From positions 36,828,001 to 36,892,000 of the forward strand of contig OX597833.1 in the NCBI GenBank assembly GCA_951406725.2: a stretch of DNA of 64,000 nt. Direction: 5' to 3'. The stretch is from Octopus vulgaris. Lineage: Eukaryota. The notes under the pieces are model-generated. The model saw only the letters and a program-made list of their open reading frames with translations, had not been told where the DNA came from and searched no databases. Positions 13,211 to 28,699 of this stretch are shown one piece after another. Made by a program: the position numbers and the translations under genes. The stretch's first letter is position 1. Each line of letters opens with the position of its first letter.

Positions 13211-13326
13211 AAGAATGTGTGTGTGTGTATGTGTGTGTGTGTGTGTAAGATAAACTTACTTGGAAATGGACACGTGGCATTCAATCATATAATAATATAA
13301 ATAAAAAATATATATATTCTTTTATT

Positions 13327-13367
<41 letters not shown>

Positions 13368-13390
13368 CGATATACGGAATACACCTATAA

Positions 13391-13460
13391 TACCTGCGTT
13401 TCAGATCATTGCGTAATAGATAAAGGAATTTATCTCTTTTACAACACCTTCCTCAGGACA
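13391..13460 (-). ncRNA. Hammerhead motif with long stem II (stem I decayed)
   Basis: Minus strand: CTGAGGA-aggtgttgtaa.agagataaa-ttcc-tttatct.ttacgcaatgatct-GAAAC-gcag-GTA. Confidence 0.55.
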
Positions 13461-13654
13461 TTTCAAAATATTTCAAAATGAGTGGTACAGATGAATTTTC
13501 TTTTTTCTTACCTATTACACATTCTAAACGCGCGCATTAAATGCATTCAAAATATCACTATTTCGTTTGACTTCCTTATTATGTATTATACGTCTCCATG
13601 CGGCTACAGGCTAGCCAGACCTCATGTGTGTGTATGTGTGTGTGTGCGCGTGTG

Positions 13655-13726
<72 letters not shown>

Positions 13727-13771
13727 AGTTGTAATAATGAAATCAAACCTAATAGTAAAATTTTGAAATTA

Positions 13772-13848
13772 CTTAATACGTATGTTTCAGGTTTGCGTAA
13801 TGTTTAATAGGAAATGCATCTACTATGCAAAACCTCCCTCAGTTAAAC
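13772..13848 (-). ncRNA. Hammerhead motif with long stem II (A9>G)
   Basis: Minus strand: TTTAA-CTGAGGG-aggttttgc...gcaaacct-GAAAC-atac-GTA-TTAAG. Stems I and II both pair. Confidence 0.65.
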
Positions 13849-15695
13849 CATTTTGTGTATGAGTGTGTGTGTTTTTTTATAAATACAGATATGATGTTGG
13901 TCACTTCTCCGTTTTCTAAATGGGATGTCATTGTGAATGACGTTCCCCTCTATCTCTAAGAGAGAGAGAGAGGGATACACCGATGTGATGGATGGATGGA
14001 TGTGTGTGTGTGTGTGCACGTATGTTTGTGTGTTTGAATGTATGCGTTTTGAACGACTTGGCGATATAACATCCTCAGTGGCGGAACGCGAAATGTGAAT
14101 CGAGTTGCAGGAAATGTTGATATGACAGTGGTTGGTGTATTCGCTTCAAATGTTCAAATAACCAACGTAGTATTTGTTGATTTGCTTCAGTGACAAGGCA
14201 ATGAATTTAGTAGATGTTGAATTGTTCGGAGTGAAACAGGAAATTTTTCCACGTTCCTATTTTTCCCAAAATTAGCAAAACCGAATGAAATAAAATGCAT
14301 TCATTGGCTTTAAATGGGAATCGAAACCAAGTTGAACTCACTCGCTAATGAACACCTTTATTCACTCTATCATCCTCTTCCTGTTATTTCCTCCTACTTT
14401 ATACCCACCCTATCCTTATTTATTCTATTTCATCTTACTCGTTCCTCCCTCTCTTCGACCTCCTCCTCCTACCATTAACTTACCCTTCCTCCTTAACTCC
14501 TTTCTTTAATTTGAATTGTCTCCTCCTCCTGCATTGCTGTCTCTCTAACTGATGCTCCCTCTATTCCACCCCCTTCTTCTCTCTTCCCTTGTAGTCTTTT
14601 TACTGACTTTTTGTTTTCACTCCCATCACCACATACAGCAGTAACACCTCTGTGTTTTCACTCGCGATTTCTCCATCCTCCTCCTCCTCTTTATAGCTCT
14701 CTACCTCTTTCATCCACTTCCCCATCTGTCCTCTTCTTCGTATATCTTTGGAGCAACCTTCATCTCAACTATCTCCTCCTTCACATTACATACTAATCTC
14801 ACTCCTTTATTTCTCCATGTCTATTCCTTTCTTCTGCTCTCTCCCTATCCTTTCATATTCTATCTCCCTTCCTCTTCCATTTATTCCTACATATCATCCT
14901 CCCTTCTTTCTATTACCTCGTTTCGTCTCTTCCTCTTTTTATCTCCTTTCTTCTTGTCTGTTTTCACCACTACTACCTTCGCCTCCCATCTATCTTACAT
15001 TCTCCTATCAAACACACAAGTTATACTTTACTCTTCGTTATTTTGTTAGAGGAGAGCTTTTTTTTTCTTCTTCTTCAATATTTCCCTCTACAAAATGTCG
15101 ACTTCTCCAACTACTTCTTACTCCTTCTTCCTGACCTTGTTTTTCAGTTTCGTCTATCTTCTCGTATCTTCTGTCTTCTCACCCTGCTCGCGTCTTTTTA
15201 TATTCTCCTTATATATTGTTTCCTTTCTTTCTCGCTACTCTTCTTTCTCTTCCGATTTCTTGCGTAATATATGTGTATGCGCGTGCGTGTGCGCATGTGT
15301 GTCTGTCTGCCTGTCTATCTGTCTGTATATATGCGTGCGCGCGGGGGAGGGGCGTGTGTACTTTTATATATTTATACATTTATTATAGACACACTAATTT
15401 CTCTCATTTTTCTTCTATCCTATGTTTCTCTCTTGTTCTTTATTTCGTCTCATACCTTCGCTGTATCTCTTTTGATACTTTTTCTTCTTTCTGTCACAAT
15501 TTCTGTCGTTATATTTTATTTCCAACAGCATCCGCCTAATTGGTATCTTTATTTATACTCTCTATGTTTATGTATTTATCACTCATTTCTTCTCTAAAGT
15601 GGTCACACTCCAATGACTTAAGTAAAATATAAAAGAACACTCTATTTTATCATCCATCCGTCCACCCATACATCCACCCAGCCAACCAGCCAGTC

Positions 15696-15746
<51 letters not shown>

Positions 15747-16074
15747 TACATACACACATACATACATACATACATACATACATACATACATACATACATA
15801 CATACATACATACATACATACATAGTACATAGACCATGCCTTTCGCTAAGATTTTTAGGTGTCCATGTAGTCGTGAGCAGAACAGGTACCATCCCCACCT
15901 TCCTACCCGAACTTGACTGGTATTTTTTATCGATCCCTGAAGAATGATAGATAATCAGTCTCCACGAGTAATTGAACTCAGAATATGAAGAACCCACATA
16001 TATGCTACGATACATTTTGTTCGATGCTCTAACTATTTTACCGATTCATCAGCGGATGTATCTGTATTACCTGA

Positions 16075-16400
16075 TTGGATTCTAAGCATCCGATGGAGTC
16101 ATAGAAGTGCGGTGGTGAGATGAGAGTATTGCACACGTTTTCGCCATCTGTCGTGATTGTACGCTAGAGCTCTGATCTCCGCTAATATTTTGACTGTCTG
16201 TTCCTTAGCACTACTCGTCCATCTTTTTCCCTGCCTGCCTCGCTTTCTTTCTCCACTCTATGGTTCGTTGAAGAAAGGTCTTTGCAAGGCCATTCTGATC
16301 GTGTTACATCTCTTTTTTCTCCCATTCTTTCACAACCCCATTCATAGCAAGTCATCCGTTCATCTGTTACTCACACTATGTCTTACCTCACCAAAAAATA
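16075..16400 (-). mobile_element. RTE (BovB-like) LINE 3' fragment
   Basis: Frameshifted minus-strand translation 'VTRS..GLAKTFLQRTIE..RKRGRQGKRWTSSAKEQT...AYNHDRWRKRV'. Confidence 0.7.
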
Positions 16401-16531
16401 CATCTCCACTTTTAATTTTTCACCTTCTTCCAAAAGCTATTTTAAAGAGTATTTATAAACAGTTATTTTTAAATGTAATATGTTCATGGCAAATACCAGA
16501 AATTATCAACATCATTATCATCATCATTATT

Positions 16532-17690
<1,159 letters not shown>

Positions 17691-18622
17691 CTCAAATTAA
17701 ATTGGGAGATGAGAAATAAAAGCTTATGTCAGAAATTTTTATCATCATCGTCATTGTCATCATCATCATCATCATTATTCATTAGTTTTACACCATTTCG
17801 TTATACGTACATGAAATGATGGCGTTAGAATAAAAAACTACAAATTTTTAATCGTCAGCTAATTTGTGCCGGCTCTTACTCCTCTCAACAGACAGTTGTG
17901 TAAATTGTTTCCGATAATCTGTATTCTTTTATTACCCCCAACCTCTTTTGCACTGCTATCTGTCACCACAACATTTGTCTTGGCATTCAGAATAGATTTG
18001 TTAGGATTTGTTAGGATAAACTGAAGCAGAATAGCATGATGCTAACAGAAAAAACTCATTGAACAAAAATCAAGGACTAATTCTACCATAGACGTAAGGA
18101 ATGTTATTCTTTATAATGGCTAATGCTATTCTGGCCGTGTTTATTACATACATACCACTGCTGACATTTGGAACTGAGTATGACTAAGTTGGACATTGTG
18201 TAGCATCGTTGTCTTTGAGGTTTATCTTGGTGTTATTACTGTTGTTGTTGAAATGTTGAGGATTTTCTAAAAGTAGTTGTTTCATTGAAGAATCTACATA
18301 GACACGAGAATACGACAGTTTAATAAAAACAGATTAAGTCATCATTTGTCAGGTCACTAATTTCAACATTAGTTTATTTTACTATCTTAAAAAAATGCCA
18401 AATTCCTCTACATTCAGGGCCGGTTTTAAGCTAATTAGACAGATTTCTTCAAATTAGGCCTTGCGCACACGCTCAACTTGAAATAAAATATTAAAACTTT
18501 CATATGAGCTTTCAATTTTTAGTTTATCATTGTGGTTAATGGTGGGTCGTCAAGCCCTCAACGCTTTTTGGCTGGGACTGGTGTACCACGAAGCATAAAA
18601 TATTTCACTAACAATTCTGTAT

Positions 18623-18666
<44 letters not shown>

Positions 18667-18671
<5 letters not shown>

Positions 18672-18880
18672 TGGTACAACAAGGCACCAATATTTACTGG
18701 AAAATAGCAATCGATACAAATACGACGCTATTGTATAGCTTCACTGCGTATTTATATCGATTGCTATTTTCCAGTAAATATTGGTGCCTTGTTGTACCAC
18801 TTATCTATTTTTATATGTATAATTCTACCCTTATGGGACTTTATTTTACTGGAAAGTAATACATTAGCATTGCATTATAC
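18667..18880. repeat. Fold-back element inserted in (TA)n (arms span 18667-18804, plus an unpaired tail)
   Basis: ATAAGTGGTACAACAAGGCACCAATATTTACTGGAAAATAGCAATCGATA...TATCGATTGCTATTTTCCAGTAAATATTGGTGCCTTGTTGTACCACTTAT. (TA)n on both sides. Confidence 0.9.
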
Positions 18881-18939
18881 ATATATATATATATATATAT
18901 ATATCTGTATACACACACATATATATGCATATATACATG

Positions 18940-19116
<177 letters not shown>

Positions 19117-19329
19117 TTATCTATTTATTTATAGTCACAATGAGGACATCTAAACTTCTTATAGGGACATTCTTATCCAAGATACACTGGTTTAGTATAT
19201 TTTATTTTGAAGAGATATTTCTTCAATGAATATATTATATAACGTATCGTAATATATCAAATATTATTACCGAGTGAGAAAATATGTATATGCACACACA
19301 CATACACACACAGACACACACACACACAT

Positions 19330-19419
<90 letters not shown>

Positions 19420-20112
19420 TATTCTACTGAATCTGAAAAGGCTTCACAAGCTGTTACTTAGGTTTCACGTAACGCGGCTGCCAGCTGATCGTTTACGTAA
19501 AATGTCGCGAGTGATGTACCCTTGATGAAATTACAGTGACTAGGATGCCTAATTGCATACAGAGCAATTGAAACATATAGGTCAGTGTCTATGCTGTAGA
19601 AATAATTTTAATAAATTTTTGATGTATATATATATATATATATATATAGTCATATTCATATGCATATATATAATTTGTATGTATGTCTGTGTGAGTGCGA
19701 GTGGGCTCGTATACATATTTATGAGTGAATATTAATGTCTGCGCATATATAAATAAATATATGAACAGTGGATATTCAAAAAATGTATAAATATACATAT
19801 AGATGCATGCTCGGATATAGAGACAGACAGATAAACGCAAAAGTAGCTGTGGTGTGTGTTTCCACTTGTCAAAACACACACTCCATACGTATACACACAC
19901 ACGCATATATATATATATATATATAATAATAAATAATAAATATTAGGGAATAAATCCAAATTTACAGGGAAAAAATCAGATTTAGGATTAAATCCAATTT
20001 TATAGTAAAATATTATATAATATTAATTCGAGACAAAACCACTATTTTGCAAAACAAACAAGGAAAGACTTAATCAATACAAAAAAAATTTTTAATATAA
20101 AGAAATAAGCCA

Positions 20113-20155
20113 CCACTACAATCGTTTCATGTCTTCAATGACATTCGTCAGGTGG
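20113..20155 (-). ncRNA. Minimal type-I hammerhead ribozyme motif (intact core)
   Basis: Exact reverse complement of 20201-20243. Confidence 0.8.
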
Positions 20156-20200
20156 ATTTTCGATCTCCTAATCTGTTTTAATTAAAACAGAATCGAAAAT

Positions 20201-20243
20201 CCACCTGACGAATGTCATTGAAGACATGAAACGATTGTAGTGG
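20201..20243 (+). ncRNA. Minimal type-I hammerhead ribozyme motif (intact core)
   Basis: CCAC-CTGACGA-ATGTC-attgaa-GACAT-GAAAC-gatt-GTA-GTGG. Stem I CCAC/GTGG, stem II ATGTC/GACAT, 2-bp stem III, GUA cleavage triplet. Confidence 0.8.
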
Positions 20244-20328
20244 CGGCTTATTTCTTTATATTAAAAATTTTTTTGTATTGATTAAGTCTTTCCTTGTTTG
20301 TTTTGCAAAATAGTGGTTTTGTCTCGAA

Positions 20329-20361
<33 letters not shown>

Positions 20362-20387
20362 CATACATATATACATATATATTCTTT

Positions 20388-20539
20388 TATTCTTTTACTT
20401 GTTTCGTTCATTTCACTGGAGCACTGCTTGCGGGGTTTATGTCAAAGAAATCGACCCTAAATTTATTCTTTCTAAACCTAGTATCGTATCTTTTGCCGAA
20501 CTGGTATGTTACAGGGACATAAACACACCAGTATCGGTG

Positions 20540-20587
<48 letters not shown>

Positions 20588-20728
20588 CATGCAATGGGCT
20601 TCTTTCAGTTTCCGTATACCAAATCCACTCACAAGGCTTTGTCAGCCCGAGGCTATAGTTCAGTCTCACTGAACTCGGAACCATGTGGTTGGGAAGCAAG
20701 CTTATTATCACATAGCCATGCCTGCACC
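20388..20728 (-). mobile_element. SINE family B (decayed)
   Basis: Collinear with the 24281-24678 copy, with deletions. Confidence 0.8.
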
Positions 20729-20732
20729 TATA

Positions 20733-20802
<70 letters not shown>

Positions 20803-20803
<1 letters not shown>

Positions 20804-21625
20804 TGTGAACAACAGAGTGCAGCTCCTTCACTCCTGTTATACGAAACCCATAGTTTCAAATATGTTGTTCACAAGAACTCAGCTTTGTCACACAACATGG
20901 AAAGTAACATACTGATAGCAGACATAATTAGAATAATGAACAAAGAGAGGGTTCGGCTATACGAGGGATCTAAAAAGATGTTAGATAACATGATAGGTAA
21001 TGAAACAAATGGTATCTGACCTAGATATAGAAGTAAAGACTGGAATAGGATACAAAAAGTTTGTGACAAAGTAAACAGGGTGAACACGTGGTTCAAGACC
21101 GACAAATATCAAGAGGTGGTGTTTGTAGACCCCACAACCCATGGAGAACTAGCCCGAAGATTTAGAAAAGCTCTGAAGGAGGCCAAACACAACATTAATA
21201 TCGTTGAAAAGCCAGGGAGATCCATCTGATCACAACTATGTAAAACGTACCCCTTTGAGAATACCACATGCACCAATGACAAATGCATGATATGTAAGAT
21301 TAACTTTGGCGTCAGCTGTACAACTAGAAATGTAGTCTACAGTATAAGGTGCATAGAGGGTGATTGTAAAGACAAGAACATGATATACATAGGTGAGACA
21401 ACTAGAAGCATTGCGGAGAGACGAAATAAACATTTGAGACAATATGACGACAAAAAGACAGTCCTCCATACTCTATCAACATGCCAACATGGAGGCACAC
21501 TGAGTCAACTTGACATCCGCATTTTATCAAGTGCCCGACGGACCCAACACTCAGACAAATATAGGAGTACAGCCTCATAAATGAAACATTCCCAGTACTA
21601 AATAGGAAATATACGTAGAAGGTAG
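20803..21625 (+). mobile_element. Penelope-like element fragment: RT thumb, linker and GIY-YIG endonuclease (pseudogenised)
   Basis: 'YETHSFKYVVHKNSALSHNMESNILIADIIRIMN', 'VFVDPTTHGELARR', Cys-rich 'CTNDKCMIC...CTTRNVVYSIRC...YIGETTRSIAERRNKH', terminal 'INETFPVLNRK'. Confidence 0.88.
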
Positions 21626-22277
21626 TCATAACTCTATACCGAAAGTTTATGTATATACAGGTAGAGTTGTTAGTAGGCTGTTATGTAAAGGTGTGTGTGT
21701 GTGTGCGCGTGCGTGCGTGCGTGTGTGCGTGCGTGCGTGCGTGTGTGCGTGTAGGTAAATGGATATGTAAGTAAACAGATAAAGAAATAGATAGATAGGT
21801 ACATTGGTAATGCGAACAGACAAGCACACATACATACACATATACATACACGAATGAAGACCGAAACACATTACCATATACACTTCATACACACACACAC
21901 ACAAGGACACATATGGACACACGTACGTACATAGTCGCACAAACCCATACACAGACACTCAAACACGCACACACAAGGAGACAGATCTACACGCACACAC
22001 AAGGAGACAGATCTACACACACAAATACACTGGCACACACAACACACACACCCACATACAAACACATAAACATGAACGCACAAACACATGAATATGCAGA
22101 ATACATACACACATACATTCATTCATACATACAAACGTACACACATGCATACATAGATATACGCATATACACACACACATACATGCATACACATACATAT
22201 ATACATACATGCATATGTGTATGCACATGCACACTAACGCACATACATGTACACAGACAAACAAACAAAATGAACAC

Positions 22278-22417
22278 AGGTCTGGGTAACAGACAGTCAA
22301 CGACTATTGAAAAGGTTGCAAAGCGCAACGAAAAATTTAGAACAAATAAATAACTAAATGAGTGGAAATCGAACCGGTGACTGTAATCAGGCACTAAATG
22401 AGGATGACCCGCCCCAG

Positions 22418-22420
<3 letters not shown>
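22278..22420 (+). mobile_element. Third copy of the 3835/4123 family, hammerhead-like motif at 22304-22340
   Basis: AGTCAACGACTATTGAAAAGGTTGCAAAGCGCAACGAAAAATTTAG...GAGTGGAAATCGAACCGGTGA. Confidence 0.7.
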
Positions 22421-22479
<59 letters not shown>

Positions 22480-23274
22480 AGTATGTATGTAGGTATGTAT
22501 CCTTGTCTCTGTATGATTCTACTTCAACATCTTTGCTTTCATGCAAATCTACATCAGTACAAATACTATTTACTGCGATTTAGGAAAACAGTTTGATTGG
22601 TTTTAAGCCGTTAAATATTCTATATATAATTATTTATCCAATTTCTTATTTTCTCCTTTTTTCTTTTTTTCTTTTTTTTTTGCTTCTCATCCTTTCGGGG
22701 TCGATAAATTAAGTAGCAGTGAAAAACTGGGGGCGATGTAATCAACTATCTATCCTCATCCCTCAAATTTCAGACCTTGTGCCGCTAATAGAAAGGATTA
22801 TTATTTATTATTAATGTCAAATATGAGGACAGTGAAGTATCATATAGAATAGATTACTTGGCGAAATGTCTTGAAGTATTTCATTACATTGATTTGCATT
22901 TTTGAGATCGAATACTGCAGATACCCAATTAGATCTGAATATATAATTGAGCATTCTGGATCTGGATTTGCATTTGCTAAATTCTTCTTAATAACTTATG
23001 GCAATCCACCTTTAACTAATGATACATCTTTAATTAAACGAGGAAATAAATTGTTTTTGTATTCTACTCTTTCGCCGTTCAGCGATTCAAGTATATGCAA
23101 CCCCCAGGGACATTTTCTTTTTTTTACCTGTTTGTTTGCTTGAATGGTCACATGACTTTTCACTCTCTCATATCTCATTAATTAATGAATATTTTATCAA
23201 TGATTTTCAAGTAATATTTATGTATGTATGTATGTATGTATGTACGTATGTATGTATGTATGTATGTATGTATG

Positions 23275-23386
23275 TCATTATTCAGTTTTATTTCAAGATT
23301 TCTTGCCAATAAAGAAACAGCTGGTTTCTAACCTAGATCCAAGACTCCTTTACTAGAATTTCAACAACATCAACATGGTATTCTTG
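23275..23386 (-). mobile_element. Short retroposed 3'-end fragment inserted in (TATG)n
   Basis: Unique 112 bp flanked on both sides by (TATG)n. Minus strand ends AATAAAactgaataatga then (CATA)n. Confidence 0.5.
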
Positions 23387-23970
23387 TATGTATGTATGTA
23401 TGTATGTATGTATGCATGTATGTATGTATGTATGTATGCAAGTATGTATGTATGTATGCATGTATGTATGTATATATGTATGTATATGTATGCTTGTATG
23501 TATGTATGTACGTGTGTGTATGTGTGTGTAAGTGTGTGTGTGTGTGTGTGTGTGTGTGAGTGTGTGTGTCTGTGTCTGTGTCTGAGGATTGTCTGAGGTT
23601 ATATAAATACGATAGATGTAACAAGAACTCAAAAGTTAAATGCGTGTGGCTAGAAACGAACTACGATAAAAATAAGTTGTCTAGTTCACAGTAAGAAAAT
23701 TTCCTTCAAATATAAGCAGATAAAATTCCTTCGGACCAAATTAAGTACCTCTTTCTCTTAATTCTGCGGTAATAAGTATTTAAATATTTCTTGTGACTAT
23801 GTAATATCCGAAGGGAGAATTATGAAGAAAATATGCCTACTTCATTAAATATTTAAATAACTGAAAAAAAGCCATTGCTGAAATTATAATTAACCAAGCT
23901 GTCGACTTCATCCTTATAATATTTATATGTGTGTGAGTGTTCGTGTGTGTTTGTGTGTGTGTGTGTGTGT

Positions 23971-24047
<77 letters not shown>

Positions 24048-24280
24048 TATAAAGGTAGCGAGCTAGTAGAATCTTTAGCACGCTGGGTAAAATGCTTAGC
24101 GGCATTTCATTCGTCTTTACGTTCTGAGTTCCAATTGATACTATATTAACTGGAAACGGTCAACAGTAACAGCATGATGACCGCTATTAAAATTGATAAG
24201 TATGTACTCTATTAAAAAATATAGTGACCCAACAGTTTAATGTTAAATAGTTTACCTCTTTCTCTCTTTTCTCTTCTACT

Positions 24281-24678
24281 CTCTTTTACTTGTTTCAGTC
24301 ATTTGACTGCGGCCATGCTGGAGCACCGCCTTTAGTCGAGCAAATCGACCCCAAGACTTATTCTTTGTAAGCCCGGTACTTGTTCTATCGGTCTCTTTTG
24401 CCGAACCGCTATGTAACGGGGACGTAAACACACCAGCATCGGTTGTCAAGCAATGCTAGGGGGACAAACACAGACACACAAACACACACATACACATATA
24501 TATATACATATATACGACAGGCTTCTTTCAGTTTCCGTCTACCAAATCCACTCACAAGGCATTGGTCGGCCCGGGGCTATAGCAGAAGACACTTGCCCAA
24601 GATGCCACGCAGTGGGACTGAACCCGGAACCATGTGGTTGGTTAGCAAGCTACTTACCACACAGCCACTCCTGCGCCT
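24281..24678 (-). mobile_element. tRNA-derived SINE family B, full length
   Basis: Minus-strand head AGGCGCAGGAGTGGCTGTGTGGTAAG...GGTTCAGTCCC, then CTTGGGCAAGTGTCTT, internal microsatellite, tail TGACTGAAACAAGTAAAAGA. Near-identical copy at 59491-59878. Confidence 0.92.
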
Positions 24679-24945
24679 ATTAACTTTATATAACTTATAT
24701 AACTTTACATAACCTTATATAACCTATATAACTTTACATAAAAACAAACATTACTATACGTGTGTGTATACATATACACACGTATACATATACACACGCA
24801 CAGCCATATATACATACATACAACTGCTGTCACCCGCAAATGTCTATGACTAAGTAGCGTTACTATGCATTCGCTAATTGTTTTTAGATATATATATATG
24901 TGTGTAGACAGACAGACAGACAGACAGACAGATAGACAGATAGAC

Positions 24946-25018
<73 letters not shown>

Positions 25019-25019
<1 letters not shown>

Positions 25020-25468
25020 GTTTCTTTATTGGTCACACAGGGTTGCACACAGATGGGACAAGTTACAAGGTAGAGCTTTTCTTTTGGGGGATGAAGAGAA
25101 CAAAAGACAAAAGAAAAAAAAAGGGGATGGCGTAGGTTTTTCGATCAAGAGGGATCGTAAAAGGGAAGAAAAGAACAAAAACAAAAAAAAATTGAATAAA
25201 ATAAAAAGAATAGAAAGAAAAAAAAGGAAAAGGAAAAGGAACAAAAGGAAAGAGAAATGAAAAAAGAAGAAAAAAGGGGAAAAAAAAGGGGAAGAGGAAG
25301 AAAAAGAACGATCAATAGGGATCGTGTATCACAGTGTTATGATATACGGTGTAAAGGGGAAAGCAAGTAAGGTTTATCCGTGGGAAGAAAAGCCTACGAA
25401 AAAGACCACGGTAACCTTGGTCAATATTGTTATATGTTACCACATTTGTTTGCAAGTGGGTAACCCTC
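25019..25468 (-). mobile_element. (GATA)n-inserted LINE 3' end, copy 2
   Basis: Same 3' junction as the 6595 copy, shorter 5' extent, GATA repeats on both sides. Confidence 0.8.
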
Positions 25469-28270
<2,802 letters not shown>

Positions 28271-28699
28271 GCAATAACTCTTTACTCAACAGGAGCTCTC
28301 TCACAAGCACCATTCTCTCCACGCCAATGTCAAAGTCTTTTCTGGGGCGACGTATTGACGGATCACATCCTAGCACGAATAAAACTGAAGTTTGTTTAGA
28401 GAAATTTTACATCACATAGCGTAAAAGCTCTGAAACGGCTGAATGTTGATAAACTCCAAGGCTCAACAAACTTTGCATCTTTCCATGAAAATCCTGAAAG
28501 TTCATCACCTGATAGTTCGTGATCAAAGCGTTTACCCACTGCTATTAATATTTTGGGCTTCGGGATTAGCAAAGATGGATTCGATGAAAATAACTCAGAA
28601 ATATCAGAGCTTCTAGACACCAAGCATAAATTATACCAGAAATTCTTCAATCCTAACTGACCTAAAAAGAAATATTCGAAGACAGAAAAATTATTGAAG

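Larger units (their letters stand above)
19925..20341. mobile_element. Near-perfect palindromic element in (TA)n carrying two hammerheads (putative non-autonomous PLE derivative)
   Basis: Arms ~20014-20164 and ~20192-20341 differ by about 1 substitution and 1 homopolymer indel. Loopless centre TCTGTTTTAA|TTAAAACAGA. Unpaired ~90-bp extension on the left. Confidence 0.85.

Noticed and set aside
19538-19588. Functional hammerhead (stem II AATTGC/GCAATT, GAAAC...GTC)
   Set aside because: The CUGANGA block is disrupted (CTAGGA). Counted only as a degenerate relic, not as a feature.
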